A stretch of DNA of 64,000 bases from an uncultured Dehalococcoidia bacterium (GTDB lineage: Bacteria > Chloroflexota > Dehalococcoidia > Lucifugimonadales > Australimonadaceae), in the NCBI GenBank assembly GCA_958295525.1, contig OY282355.1:485763-549762 (forward strand), read 5' to 3'. A program made the position numbers and the translations under genes. A model generated the notes under the pieces. It did no database searches and was not told the DNA's origin. It saw only the letters and a list, made by a program, of their open reading frames with translations. Each line of letters begins with the position of its first letter. Position 1 is the first letter of the stretch. Of this stretch, positions 1-10,015 are shown in pieces.

Positions 1-213
1 GCCCACGCCAGCAGTTGCGGAACGCCTACTCCCAGCGTGTTCGCGGCGAGCGCGACCCCGAGCGTGTCGAGCGTCACCGCCCGGACGGTTCGCCGCGCGC
101 GCTCCGGCAAGTCGTCGTAAGTCAACTCCGCGCCGAACCGCGCCCACAGCGCCGACAGTTCCTCCGCGCCGCGCTCCGTCATCGCCGCCGGCCTCCTCTC
201 GCTCCCCTGTCGC

Positions 214-2220
214 CTATCGTCTCCGCGCCCGCTCCTCGGCCAGCCGAGCGAAGAATTCCAGCGCGTCCGGGTTCGCCAGGGCGTCCGCGCTCGCCGCTTG
301 CCGGATGGGCGTTCCGCTCAGAATCTTCTTCACCGGAACCTCCAACTTCTTCCCGTTCAGCGTGCGCGGAACCTCCGCGATTTCGTAAATCGCATCCGGC
401 GCGTGGCGCGGCGAGAGGCTCGTCCGCACCGCGTCGGTCACGCGGCGCCGCGCCGCGTCGTCCAGCGCGCGGCCCTCGCGCATCACGAGGAAGAGCAGCA
501 GTTCGCCCTCCGCCCCCAGTTGCGTCGTGTCCACCACCAGGCTGTCCAGAACCTCCGGCAACTCCTCGACCACGCGGTAGAACTCGCTCGTCCCCATACG
601 CACGCCGCTGCGGTTCAGCGTGGAGTCGGAGCGTCCGTAGACCACGCACGCCCCTTCTTCCGTGATCTTCAGCCAGTCGCCGTGCCGCCATGCGTCCGGG
701 TAAGCGTCGAAGTAACTCTCGCGCAGCCGCGAGCCGTCCGGGTCGTTCAGAAACCGCACGGGCATCGAGGGCATCGGCTCGGTGACGACGAGTTCCCCGA
801 CCTCGCCGGTCACCGGCTTGCCGCTCTCGTCGAAACTCTCGACTTTGCAGGCGAGGCAGCGGCATTGGATTTCTCCCGCCCTCACCGGCAGCGTCGGCCC
901 GCCCCCGATGAACGCCGTGAACACGTCCGTTCCTCCGCTGATAGAGGCGAGGAGCAGGTCGCGCTTCACCTTGTCGTACACCCATGCGAACGCTTCCGGC
1001 GGCAGGGGCGCCCCGGTCGAGCCTATGGAGCGCATCGCGCTCAGGTCGAGCGACGCCCCGGGCTCGACGCCCGCCTTCATGCACCCGAGGATGTACGGCG
1101 CGCTCACGCCGAAACTCGTGATGCCCGTTCGCTCCGCCAGCCGCCACAACGCGAGGGCGTCGGGATAGGCGGGGCTCCCGTCGTACAGCACGATGGACGA
1201 GCCCGCGAGCAGGCCGCTCATCAGCAGGTTCCACATAATCCAGCCGGTGGTGCTGAACCAGAAGAAGCGGTCGCGCTCGCCCAAGTCCATTTGCAGCGAC
1301 AGGAACTTCGCGTGCTCCAGCAGCGCGCCTCCGTGCCCGTGGACGATCGCCTTCGGCGCGCCCGTCGTGCCGGACGAGTACACCACGCAAAGCGGATGGT
1401 CGAACGGCGCGGGCTCGAACGTCAGCGTCTCGCCGGAGACGAGGAAGTCGTCCCAAAGCGCCGTCTCGCCCAGCCCGCTCAGATCGGGATGCGGCGACAG
1501 GTAGGGCAGAATGACCGTCCGCCGCAGCGAGGGGAGCGCCCGCCGGACGGCTTCGACCGACGCCCTCGCGTCGAACGCCTTGCCGCCGTAGACGTAGCCG
1601 TCCACCGCAAGCAGCGCCTTCGGCTCTATCTGCCGGAAGCGCTCGATCACGCTGCGCGCGCCGAACTCCGGCGGGCAACTCGACCACGTCGCTCCGATGG
1701 ACGCCGCCGCCAGCGCCGCCGCGACCGTCTCCGGCGCGTTCGGCATATACGCCGCAACCGCGTCGCCTCGCCCCACGCCGAGCGCCCGCAGCCCTGCGGC
1801 GACCGCGGCCGTCCGCTCGCGCAACTCGTCCCAAGTCCACTCCGACGTCTCTCCCGACTCCCGAACGCCGATCACGGCGGTTCCGGCGCCGCTCCGGGCC
1901 AGCGCGTGCTCCGCGTAGTTGAGCGTCGCTCCCGTGAACCAGCGCGCCCCCTCCACCCGCGTTCCGCCGGGGCCGGGCGCGAGCGCCTGCGCGTAAGGCG
2001 TATGCGCCTGCACGCCGAACCACTCCCAAAACGACGCCCAGAAGCCGCCCACGTCGCTCACCGACCACCGCCACAGATCCTCGTAGGAGCCGAAGCGCAG
2101 CCCTCGCGTCTCCGCGAGCCAGCGCTCGTAGGCCGCGAGATTCGAGGCGGCGCGCCGCTCCTCGGACGGCGTCCATAGGAGCGCGCCCTCGCTCGCGGCG
2201 TATGCGGAATGTTCGGTCAT
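214..2220 (-). CDS. Acetoacetate--CoA ligase
   Basis: 668 aa AMP-forming ligase with YSSGTTGAPKAIVH, ISGGTD, WRHGDW, GRSDSTLN and RTLNGKKLEVPVK motifs, typical of acetoacetyl-CoA synthetase. Confidence 0.9.
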   Translation of the reverse strand: MTEHSAYAASEGALLWTPSEERRAASNLAAYERWLAETRGLRFGSYEDLWRWSVSDVGGFWASFWEWFGVQAHTPYAQALAPGPGGTRVEGARWFTGATLNYAEHALARSGAGTAVIGVRESGETSEWTWDELRERTAAVAAGLRALGVGRGDAVAAYMPNAPETVAAALAAASIGATWSSCPPEFGARSVIERFRQIEPKALLAVDGYVYGGKAFDARASVEAVRRALPSLRRTVILPYLSPHPDLSGLGETALWDDFLVSGETLTFEPAPFDHPLCVVYSSGTTGAPKAIVHGHGGALLEHAKFLSLQMDLGERDRFFWFSTTGWIMWNLLMSGLLAGSSIVLYDGSPAYPDALALWRLAERTGITSFGVSAPYILGCMKAGVEPGASLDLSAMRSIGSTGAPLPPEAFAWVYDKVKRDLLLASISGGTDVFTAFIGGGPTLPVRAGEIQCRCLACKVESFDESGKPVTGEVGELVVTEPMPSMPVRFLNDPDGSRLRESYFDAYPDAWRHGDWLKITEEGACVVYGRSDSTLNRSGVRMGTSEFYRVVEELPEVLDSLVVDTTQLGAEGELLLFLVMREGRALDDAARRRVTDAVRTSLSPRHAPDAIYEIAEVPRTLNGKKLEVPVKKILSGTPIRQAASADALANPDALEFFARLAEERARRR

Positions 2221-2224
2221 CGGG

Positions 2225-3139
2225 CTACCCGCTCCCCAGCGCTATCGCGGCCACTCCGCCCACGATGAGCGCCGTCGAGCCCAGTTTAACCGCAATCGCC
2301 CCAAGCGTCGTGGACTCGCCAAGCGCGCCCCGCCAAACCAGCGCGAGAACCGTGCTGTAGGCCACGAGGAACAGCACGCGCGCGCCGGAAAGCGCCGTCA
2401 CTTGCGACGCCGGGCCCAGCGAAAGCGCCCACAGCATCAGCAACAGCCCCACGCTCGCGATGATCACCTCGTTGACGAGTACGAACCGCAGCGCCGGGCT
2501 GCGCTTGCGGACGAACAGCAGCACGTCGGCCAGCGGCCGCCGCCGCAGGTTGAACGCCAGAAACACGCCCCCCAGCGCAATCGAGCGGAGCGCGTGCGTG
2601 AACAGCACCGGCAACTCGTCCACCGCCGCCTTCCCGAACACGTGCGCGCTGCCGTGTATCGCGCTCCCGACGATCAGCAGCGCGAACGCCTTATCGAGCG
2701 AGAAGCGATGCTGCGCGGCGCCTTTGCGGACGGAAAGGAGCGCGGCCCCGGCGACTACGGCGATGATCGCGCCCCATTCCTGCGCCCCCAAGCGCTCGCC
2801 CAGGAACAAGGATGCGTAGACCGCAGTGAAGATGGGGTAACTCTGAAACACCGGCACGGTGCGCGACACTTCGTGCGTGTAGAGCACGCGCATCAGAAAT
2901 TGCGCGCTCAGCCCGAAGACCGCGCCGGAGACCAGCGCCCACAGCACAGGCTCCAGCGACGCCGACGGCGGAACGCGGACGATGGCGAGCAGCGCGAGCC
3001 CGACGAACGTCTGCATCACGCCGATCAGCAGCGGCAGCGTGAGCGGCGTCCGCGCGTAGCGATGGATGACGGTTTTGTCGAAAACGCTGACGAGCGCGGA
3101 GACCGCCGCGCCCACCAATGCGACGGCGACCCAAGACAA
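2225..3139 (-). CDS. EamA/DMT family transporter
   Basis: 304 aa, about 10 TM segments in two repeats, LFLGERL motif. Confidence 0.8.
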   Translation of the reverse strand: MSWVAVALVGAAVSALVSVFDKTVIHRYARTPLTLPLLIGVMQTFVGLALLAIVRVPPSASLEPVLWALVSGAVFGLSAQFLMRVLYTHEVSRTVPVFQSYPIFTAVYASLFLGERLGAQEWGAIIAVVAGAALLSVRKGAAQHRFSLDKAFALLIVGSAIHGSAHVFGKAAVDELPVLFTHALRSIALGGVFLAFNLRRRPLADVLLFVRKRSPALRFVLVNEVIIASVGLLLMLWALSLGPASQVTALSGARVLFLVAYSTVLALVWRGALGESTTLGAIAVKLGSTALIVGGVAAIALGSG

Positions 3140-3142
3140 CGG

Positions 3143-4858
3143 CTAGCCCGCCGCTCCGTTGCGCCTCGCCTCGCTCCAAGCGTTCCGCGCCACCTGGCCG
3201 GGCAGCGCGCCCGTGTGCGCGCCGTCCTCCAGCAGCGTCTCGCCGTTGACGATGGTCCAGGGAATGCCGTGCGCCACCTGCTTCAGGCGCATCGCCCCGC
3301 CGGGCAGGTCGTAAGCCTCCTCGGACGGGTCGAGCCCGAGGCGCTCGTAGTCCAGCACGAGGACGTCCGCCTTGCTCCCGGGCGTCAGCCGCCCGCGCCC
3401 CGGCGCGCCGAAGATGTCGGCGGGAAGCGAGGTGAGCCGCCGCACGCCCTCCTCCAGCGGCATAATCCCCTTGTCGCGCACCCAATGGCTCAGGAAGTGA
3501 ACGGCGTAGCCGTAGCCCCCCTCCCGCACGACGTGCGCGCCGGAGTCCGACAGCCCGATCAGCGTGTGGGCGTCGTTCAGAATCGCCGCCATCGCCTCGT
3601 CGTCGTTGTTCTGCTGATTCCGCGCGAACCACGTCTTCAGCCCCTCCTCCACCGTGAGGTCGAGGAAAGCATCCATCGGCGATTGGCCGCGCCGCGCCCC
3701 CAGTTCCGCCGCCGTCGTTCCCGCGAGCGCTTTGTTCTTCTCCAGCGCGGGCTTGACGATGACGACGTGGTCCCACCTGCCTGAGAAGCCGAGCGCGGTG
3801 ACGTCGCCGTGCTCCGCGACTTCCTGCGCGAGTTGCGGGCGGAGGGAGGCGTCGGCGAACGCCGCGAGGCGATCCGCGCTCGATCCGTTCATAATGCGCT
3901 TCCACGTCGGCATAAAGTTGAAGAACTCCGCGCTGTCCATCTGGAAGTAGCGCAGCCCCGGGCGCGGATTGATCTGCGGGTGAATGCGCGCCGTCCCGCG
4001 CCCGTTCACCTCCGCGACGTGCGCCAGATGCTCCCGCCACTGGTCGGGCCGCAGCGCGCTTTGCGTGATGGAGAGATACGTCACCGGGCGCCCGCTCTCC
4101 TCCGACAGCCGCTCGCAGACGCCTTCGCTCAACTCCAAGTTCATCGGGTCGCCGATCTGAATGACGCCCGCGCCCAGTTCGCGGAGCGCGCCGGCTACGG
4201 CGTACAACTCCTCCAGCGAGGCCACGTTCGCGGGGAGCAGCCGCCCGTCCATCCCTGCGTGGCGCGGATTGCGGTCGAACGACACGCCGAGCGCGCCCTC
4301 CTCCAGCGCCTGCCGCACGGCCATGCGAACCGCCTCGACCTCCTCGCCGGTGGCCTCCCGCTCCTGCGATGCGTCGCCCATCACCCAGCGGCGCGCGGCG
4401 GAGTGCCCCACCATCACGCCGTAGTTAATGCCAAGCCGCCCCTCCAGCGAGTCCAGGTAGTCTCCGAGAGAGCGCCATCCCCAGGGCACGCCGCCCATCA
4501 GCACGTCGTAGGGAATCGCCTCGACTTTCGCCAGCATTCCCGCGAGCGCCGTCTCGTCGCCCTCGCGCACGGGGGCGAGCGTCAGCGAGCAGTTGCCGCT
4601 CACCACCGTCGTCACGCCGTTGTAGCAGGAGAACGTGCACAGCGGGTCGAAGGTGACCTGCCCGTCGTAGTGCGTGTGGTGATCGATGAACCCGGGCGTT
4701 ACGACGCAGCCGTCCGCGTCTATCGTCCGCGCCGCCGGGCCGTCGAGCCTCCCGACTGCGGCGACGCGCCCGTCCGCCACGCCGACGTCGGCGGCGCGGG
4801 GCGCGGCTCCCGTCCCGTCCACAACCAGCCCGCCTTTGATGAGCAGATCGAACGCCAT
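3143..4858 (-). CDS. N-acyl-D-amino-acid deacylase family amidohydrolase
   Basis: GGLVVDGTG, PGFIDHHTHYD, GVTTVVSGNC and SDSGAH motifs; RBS GGAGG upstream. Confidence 0.85.
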   Translation of the reverse strand: MAFDLLIKGGLVVDGTGAAPRAADVGVADGRVAAVGRLDGPAARTIDADGCVVTPGFIDHHTHYDGQVTFDPLCTFSCYNGVTTVVSGNCSLTLAPVREGDETALAGMLAKVEAIPYDVLMGGVPWGWRSLGDYLDSLEGRLGINYGVMVGHSAARRWVMGDASQEREATGEEVEAVRMAVRQALEEGALGVSFDRNPRHAGMDGRLLPANVASLEELYAVAGALRELGAGVIQIGDPMNLELSEGVCERLSEESGRPVTYLSITQSALRPDQWREHLAHVAEVNGRGTARIHPQINPRPGLRYFQMDSAEFFNFMPTWKRIMNGSSADRLAAFADASLRPQLAQEVAEHGDVTALGFSGRWDHVVIVKPALEKNKALAGTTAAELGARRGQSPMDAFLDLTVEEGLKTWFARNQQNNDDEAMAAILNDAHTLIGLSDSGAHVVREGGYGYAVHFLSHWVRDKGIMPLEEGVRRLTSLPADIFGAPGRGRLTPGSKADVLVLDYERLGLDPSEEAYDLPGGAMRLKQVAHGIPWTIVNGETLLEDGAHTGALPGQVARNAWSEARRNGAAG

Positions 4859-5036
4859 CGCGCGCCTCCTCCTAACGATTGCCCTAACGATTGCCGCTAT
4901 GGTACACCGCCGGCGCGAAAGATAGCGATCGAGAACCGGCTAATCGGAGACGGCGAGGTTCCGCCTTCCGTTCGCCGCGGCGCCGTCCCGCGCTCCCGGA
5001 TATTCGGTTTCTTGCGGAGCGAGCAGGCAGGGCATG

Positions 5037-5067
5037 TTGACCGGCGCGCCCTCTCTCCCTGTATAAT
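5037..5067 (+). promoter_or_regulatory. Sigma70-like promoter for the treT operon
   Basis: TTGACC (5037-5042) and TATAAT (5062-5067) with a 19-bp spacer. Confidence 0.45.
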
Positions 5068-5141
5068 TCACGGATAATTCACGCGGGCGCCGGTCAGTCC
5101 GGCGCCGTTCCGCGAAGGCGCAATTCCCAGGAGGCAGGCGA

Positions 5142-6413
5142 ATGTTCGGCGGCGTCGCCACGAGCGGGCGATCCATAGACCAGTACGTTCCCTACGTCGG
5201 CGAGAAGGCGGTGGAGGGGCTGCGCGCCGCCGCCGCGCCGCTGCGAGGCGCGCGCGTGCTGCACCTCTCCTCCCCCGCCGCCAGCAACGCCGTCCGCGGC
5301 ATGCTCCGCGGCGTCGTCCCCCTCTTCGCCGACCTCGGGCTGGACGTCGACTGGCAGCAAGTCCGCGTCGGCACGGAGCACGTGGCGATGGACCGCGAGC
5401 TCAGGCGCGCGCTCTCCGGCTACGGCGGCGGATGGCACGACCAGCACGAGCGCGACTGGTGGGAGTTCAACCAGGCCAACGCCCAACTCTTCGACGAGGA
5501 GTACGACGTCGTCGTCGTCCATCACGCCGGGTCGGTCGGGCTGCGCTCCGCGCTCACCCATCTGCGCGGACGCCCGCCGGGCGGCGTCTGGCTCTGGAAC
5601 TCCCACCGCGACTACCGCTCCGCGACGCCGAACTCGTGGTCGCTCGTCCGGCAGCAAGCCGACAACTTCGCGGCGTCCGTCTACGACTACAAGCCGTTCA
5701 TTCGCCCCGACGCCCCAACGAAGCGGACGTTCGTCATCCCTCCGGGGGTGGATCCGCTCAGCCCCAGCGCGCGCCCCGTATCCAGCGAGGTGCAGGAGAC
5801 TATCCTCACGCAGCGCGGCGTGGACGTGCACCGCCCCGTCATCGGGCAAATCGTGCTCAGTGTGCGCGAGGACGACCCCGACCGCGTTCTGGACGCCTAC
5901 GCCCTCGTCAAAAAGCGCCGCCCCGACGTGCAACTCGTGATCGCCAACCTCGTTCCTCAGGAGACTGCGCTCATTCCCCAGATGACCGCGCTGCGCGAGC
6001 GGGCCCGGGAGTTGGGCGACGTCCTCGTGCTTTCCGAAATGGACCGCGTGGGCAACGTGGAACTATCCGCGCTGCGCGAGGAGGCGCACGTCCTCATCCA
6101 CGAGGGCTATCCGCGCGGCATTTCGATGGAACTGCTGGAGGAGATGTGGCAGTCCCGCCCCATCGTCAGCGCGCGAAGTTCCATCGCGGAGACGATGCTG
6201 CTCGACGGCAAGACCGCCCTCCTCGCCGACGGCGCCGAGGAGCAGGCGGCCGCGATCGAGCGGCTGCTCGCCAAGCCCCGCGAGGCCGCCCGCATCGGCG
6301 CCGCCGCCCACCGCCACGTGGCGCGCCGCTCGCTCATCACTCACTACCTGGCCGGTTACCTCAGCGTGTTTCAGCGAATGCTGAAACGCCCGCGCCCGGC
6401 GCCGAGCCGCTGA
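5142..6413 (+). CDS. TreT-like GT4 glycosyltransferase paralogue with degenerate catalytic motifs
   Basis: Colinear with the downstream TreT (ARVLHL, IPPGVDPLS, VGNVELSA) but lacks RFDPWK and the first Glu of EX7E. Confidence 0.75.
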   Translation: MFGGVATSGRSIDQYVPYVGEKAVEGLRAAAAPLRGARVLHLSSPAASNAVRGMLRGVVPLFADLGLDVDWQQVRVGTEHVAMDRELRRALSGYGGGWHDQHERDWWEFNQANAQLFDEEYDVVVVHHAGSVGLRSALTHLRGRPPGGVWLWNSHRDYRSATPNSWSLVRQQADNFAASVYDYKPFIRPDAPTKRTFVIPPGVDPLSPSARPVSSEVQETILTQRGVDVHRPVIGQIVLSVREDDPDRVLDAYALVKKRRPDVQLVIANLVPQETALIPQMTALRERARELGDVLVLSEMDRVGNVELSALREEAHVLIHEGYPRGISMELLEEMWQSRPIVSARSSIAETMLLDGKTALLADGAEEQAAAIERLLAKPREAARIGAAAHRHVARRSLITHYLAGYLSVFQRMLKRPRPAPSR

Positions 6414-7717
6414 TGACCACTCCCGTTTTCGCCGCCCCGAAAGCGCTGAGCGAGTACGAGCCCCACGTCGGGGAGGAGCGTTTGGCCGAGTTGCGCGCGC
6501 TGGCCGCCCCGCTCAAGGACGCCCGCGTCCTGCACCTCAACGCCACCTCGTTCGGGGGCGGCGTGGCCGAAATCCTCAACAGTTTCATTCCCCTCCTCCG
6601 CGACTTGGGGGTGGACGCCGAATGGCGCGTGATGGAAGCCTCCGCCGAGTTCTTCAACGTCTCCAAGAGTATGCACAACGCGCTGCAGGGAATGTACATT
6701 CCGTGGAACAAGGCGATGGCCGACCTCTGGCGCGAAACCAACGCCGCCAACGCCGAAACGCTGGAAGGCGCCTACGACTTCGTCTACGTCCACGATCCGC
6801 AGCCGGCCGGCGTCTTGGCCTATCTGCGCGAGCGCGACCCGGACATTCTCGGCGCGAAGTGGCTGTGGCGGTGCCACCTGGACACCACCGACGCGCTGCC
6901 GGAAGTCTGGAATTTCCTCAAGGGCTACGTGTCCCTCTACGACGCGCTCGTCTTCACGCTGCCCGAATACGTGAAGGAGCCTATCCCCGGCCCTCTGCTC
7001 GAGATCATCTGGCCCGCGATAGACCCGGCCAGCGCCAAAAATTCGGAGATCCCCGCCCCCGTGGTGCGCGATATTCTCGCCCGCTACGAGATCGACCCCG
7101 ACAGGCCCATCATCGCGCAGATCTCCCGCTTCGATCCGTGGAAAGACCCCCTTGGCGTGCTGGACGTCTACCGCATCCTCAAGGAGCGCCGTCCGGGCCT
7201 GCAACTGCTGATGGTCGCGGCGATGGCCAACGACGACCCCGAAGCCTGGTCGTTCTACGAGCGCATCGTGCGGAAGGCGGGCGAGGACTTCGACATCCAC
7301 GTGCTGACGAACCTCAACGGCGTCGGCAACCTGGAGGTCAACGCCTTTCAGCGCGCCGCCGACGTCCTCTTGCAAAAGTCCATCCGCGAAGGCTTCGGCC
7401 TCGTCATCTCCGAAGCGCTCTGGAAAGCGAAAGCGCTCGTGGGAAGCGAGGCCGGCGGCATCCCTCTGCAACTGGACTACGGACGCGCCGGCGCCGTCGC
7501 CGGAACGACGCAGGAATTCGCCGACGCCATCGCCGAACTGCTGGACGACCCCGGCGCGCGGGAGCGATTGGGCAGCGCGGGCAAAGAGCACGTGCGCGAG
7601 CGGTTCCTCACCACCCGCCTCCTGAAAGACCACCTCAGCCTGATGGGCGCGCTTGCGAACGGAGCCGCGGCCCCCGCCCCGGCGAGCGAAGCGCCCGCCG
7701 CGATGCGAGCGCGATGA
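6413..7717 (+). CDS. treT: Trehalose synthase (glycosyl-transferring, GT4)
   Basis: LNATSFGGGVAEIL, HDPQP, WRCHLD, SRFDPWKDP and KSIREGFGLVISEALWK motifs; ATG overlaps the upstream stop (TGATG). Confidence 0.88.
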   Translation: MTTPVFAAPKALSEYEPHVGEERLAELRALAAPLKDARVLHLNATSFGGGVAEILNSFIPLLRDLGVDAEWRVMEASAEFFNVSKSMHNALQGMYIPWNKAMADLWRETNAANAETLEGAYDFVYVHDPQPAGVLAYLRERDPDILGAKWLWRCHLDTTDALPEVWNFLKGYVSLYDALVFTLPEYVKEPIPGPLLEIIWPAIDPASAKNSEIPAPVVRDILARYEIDPDRPIIAQISRFDPWKDPLGVLDVYRILKERRPGLQLLMVAAMANDDPEAWSFYERIVRKAGEDFDIHVLTNLNGVGNLEVNAFQRAADVLLQKSIREGFGLVISEALWKAKALVGSEAGGIPLQLDYGRAGAVAGTTQEFADAIAELLDDPGARERLGSAGKEHVRERFLTTRLLKDHLSLMGALANGAAAPAPASEAPAAMRAR

Positions 7718-8694
7718 CTGCGGGCAAGGCCGTTCTCGGCATAGACCTCGGCGGCACGAAGGCGCTCGCGCTCGCCTCGACGCCCGACGGCGAAGTCCTC
7801 GCGTCCGCCGTGTCGGAAACCCCTTCGAGGGAGAGCGCGGAGCGCATCATCTCCGCGGTGGCCGACACCGCGCGCGCCGCGATGCGCGAGGCCGGGCTTC
7901 AGCCCGGCGAGGTGGGTTCGGCGGGCGTCGCCGCCGCAGGCGCGATAGACGCGCGCGAGGGGGCCATCGTCCATTCGCCGCATCTCGCCGCGATGTCCAA
8001 CACGCCCGTCGCCGCGATGCTGCGCCGCCAACTCGAAATCCCCGTCGTCATCGGCAACGACGCCAACCTCGCCGCGCTCGGCGAGCAGCGCTTCGGCGCA
8101 GGCAAAGGCGTCTCCGACCTCCTCTTCCTCACCATCAGCACCGGCATCGGCGGCGGCGTCATCATCGGCGGAAAACTCTTCACCGGATCGGCGGGCTACG
8201 CCGGAGAGGTCGGCCACATCACGGTGGACGCGCGCGGGCCGTTCGGAGCGAGTTCGACCCCGGGCGCGTGGGAGTCGCTCTGCTCCGGCACCGCGCTCGC
8301 CCGCATCGCAACGGAGCGCGTCGCGGCGGGCGAACGTTCCACGATGAGCAGCGCGTTCCGCGACACAAACCAGGAGGGACTGACCGCCCGCGACGTCTTC
8401 GCCGCCCGCCGCGCCGGCGACGCGCTCGCCCAGTCCATCATCGCCGACGCCATCGTTTACCTCGGCGCGGGACTCGCGAGCCTCGTCAACCTCCTCAACC
8501 CCGGGAAGATCATCATCGGCGGGGGGCTCTCCAACGAGTGGGACGCCTACATCGCCCCGGCCGTCGCGCTGATGCGCGAGCAATCGTTCGCGGGCATCGG
8601 CAAACTCACTCCCGTCGTTCCGCCTGCGCTCGGCGCGGAAGCGGGCGCGCTCGGCGCCGTCAGCCTCGCCTGCGACGCGCATTCCCAAGCGTGA
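7714..8694 (+). CDS. ROK family sugar kinase (glucokinase)
   Basis: GIDLGGTK, NDANLAALGE, STGIGGG and AGEVGH motifs; ATGA overlap with treT. Confidence 0.88.
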   Translation: MTAGKAVLGIDLGGTKALALASTPDGEVLASAVSETPSRESAERIISAVADTARAAMREAGLQPGEVGSAGVAAAGAIDAREGAIVHSPHLAAMSNTPVAAMLRRQLEIPVVIGNDANLAALGEQRFGAGKGVSDLLFLTISTGIGGGVIIGGKLFTGSAGYAGEVGHITVDARGPFGASSTPGAWESLCSGTALARIATERVAAGERSTMSSAFRDTNQEGLTARDVFAARRAGDALAQSIIADAIVYLGAGLASLVNLLNPGKIIIGGGLSNEWDAYIAPAVALMREQSFAGIGKLTPVVPPALGAEAGALGAVSLACDAHSQA

Positions 8695-8797
8695 CGCGGC
8701 GCGAATCCCGCCGCCTGCCCGCGCAGGCGGGCAACCCGCGGCGCTTCTTGCCCCGACGTGGAATCCAAGAGGCGCAGATGCAACGATTATCGGAGAC

Positions 8798-9904
8798 CTA
8801 CGCCCGGCTGGGAATGAACTCCCCCATCCGCGACTTGAGGCCGCGCTTGGCCAGTTCCGCCTCGAACAGTTCGTGGATGCGCGGATCCTCGTCTTCGTAC
8901 TCGATCTGCATCCCCCCGGCCTTCTCCGACTTGTCCATATTCTCGTAGTTCCACATCTTGGACTCGAGAACGGGGTAGCGCGCCCCGCCGAAGTCGAACA
9001 CGAGGTAGCGCGACTGCCCGGGCGAGACGTTGAAATGCTGGTGATACGTCGGGCCGTCCGGCGGAGCGTAGAGCGTGCCGGGCTTCCAATCCACGCGCAC
9101 GGTGTCCACGGGGTTTTCGCCGTCCTTCCAGAGAAGCGAGTAGCCCTCGCCCGTTACGCAGAAGATGTGCGCGCCCGCGTTGTGGGCGTGCGCCTTCTTG
9201 TAGGTGCCCTCGAAGAACTGCGAGATGTGGCAGTGCATCGAGGAGTCGCCCAGCAAGAACTGAATGTTGTTGCCCGCCGCGCCGCGCGCGACCCACGGCG
9301 GCAGTTCGAAGTTGACCAGTTCCGGCACGAAGTTCGTCTCCCACTGGTGCCGCCCGGGCTTCACCTGCCGGAACTCGCCCTCGCCCTCGAAGTACTTCTC
9401 GGCGGCCATCCGCTCAGGGAACTGGAAGGAGTTGCCGTAGATGAAATCCCGGTTGCGGAATACGTTGAAGATGACCGGCAGATCGGTCACCGCCGCGAGG
9501 CGCGCGGGCTCCGTCCCCGACCCGTTGAATATCTGATGCTTGGCGTTCAGCGGAATGGCGAAGATCGCGCTCGGCCCCCACTCGAACGAGTACTTGCGCC
9601 CGTCGGGGCGCTCGATGACGGTCGACCCGCGCCCGGAGACGACGTGAATCAACTCGTCGTGCATGTGCTGCTCGGGCTTCAGTTCCCCGCCCGGGGGGAT
9701 CTCCACGACGTAGGCGGAGAGGTAGTCGCTCTTCCCCGCGACGTGGACGTACGTCCCAAGCCCGCCGAGCCGCTCCCACGGCTCCACCGGCACGGCGCGG
9801 CAGTCCACGGCGTAGCCCTCGAAAACGGGAACGCCCTCCTCCTTCAGGAAGTCGCGGTAGGGGAAGACCCCGTAATACGGGTTGAACTCAACGTCGTCGC
9901 CCAT
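8798..9904 (-). CDS. Bicupin (gentisate 1,2-dioxygenase-like) protein
   Basis: Two cupin motifs (HMHDE..G.G; KAHAH...HQHFN); paralogue of 51354-52508. Confidence 0.75.
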   Translation of the reverse strand: MGDDVEFNPYYGVFPYRDFLKEEGVPVFEGYAVDCRAVPVEPWERLGGLGTYVHVAGKSDYLSAYVVEIPPGGELKPEQHMHDELIHVVSGRGSTVIERPDGRKYSFEWGPSAIFAIPLNAKHQIFNGSGTEPARLAAVTDLPVIFNVFRNRDFIYGNSFQFPERMAAEKYFEGEGEFRQVKPGRHQWETNFVPELVNFELPPWVARGAAGNNIQFLLGDSSMHCHISQFFEGTYKKAHAHNAGAHIFCVTGEGYSLLWKDGENPVDTVRVDWKPGTLYAPPDGPTYHQHFNVSPGQSRYLVFDFGGARYPVLESKMWNYENMDKSEKAGGMQIEYEDEDPRIHELFEAELAKRGLKSRMGEFIPSRA

Positions 9905-10015
9905 AACATCTCCGGCAAGGGTCAGGATGGCGCGGAGGTTACACCATCGGGCGGCGGGGCGCTAGCATAGAGGGAGCGTTGCGCTTCGCTCAACGGCGCG
10001 CGGGGGCGAAAATTC

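Noticed and set aside
5432-6412. N-terminal extensions of the treT (761 aa) and ROK (690 aa) ORFs as frameshift fusions
   Set aside because: The extensions are Arg-rich alternate frames; true starts overlap upstream stops (TGATG, ATGA)
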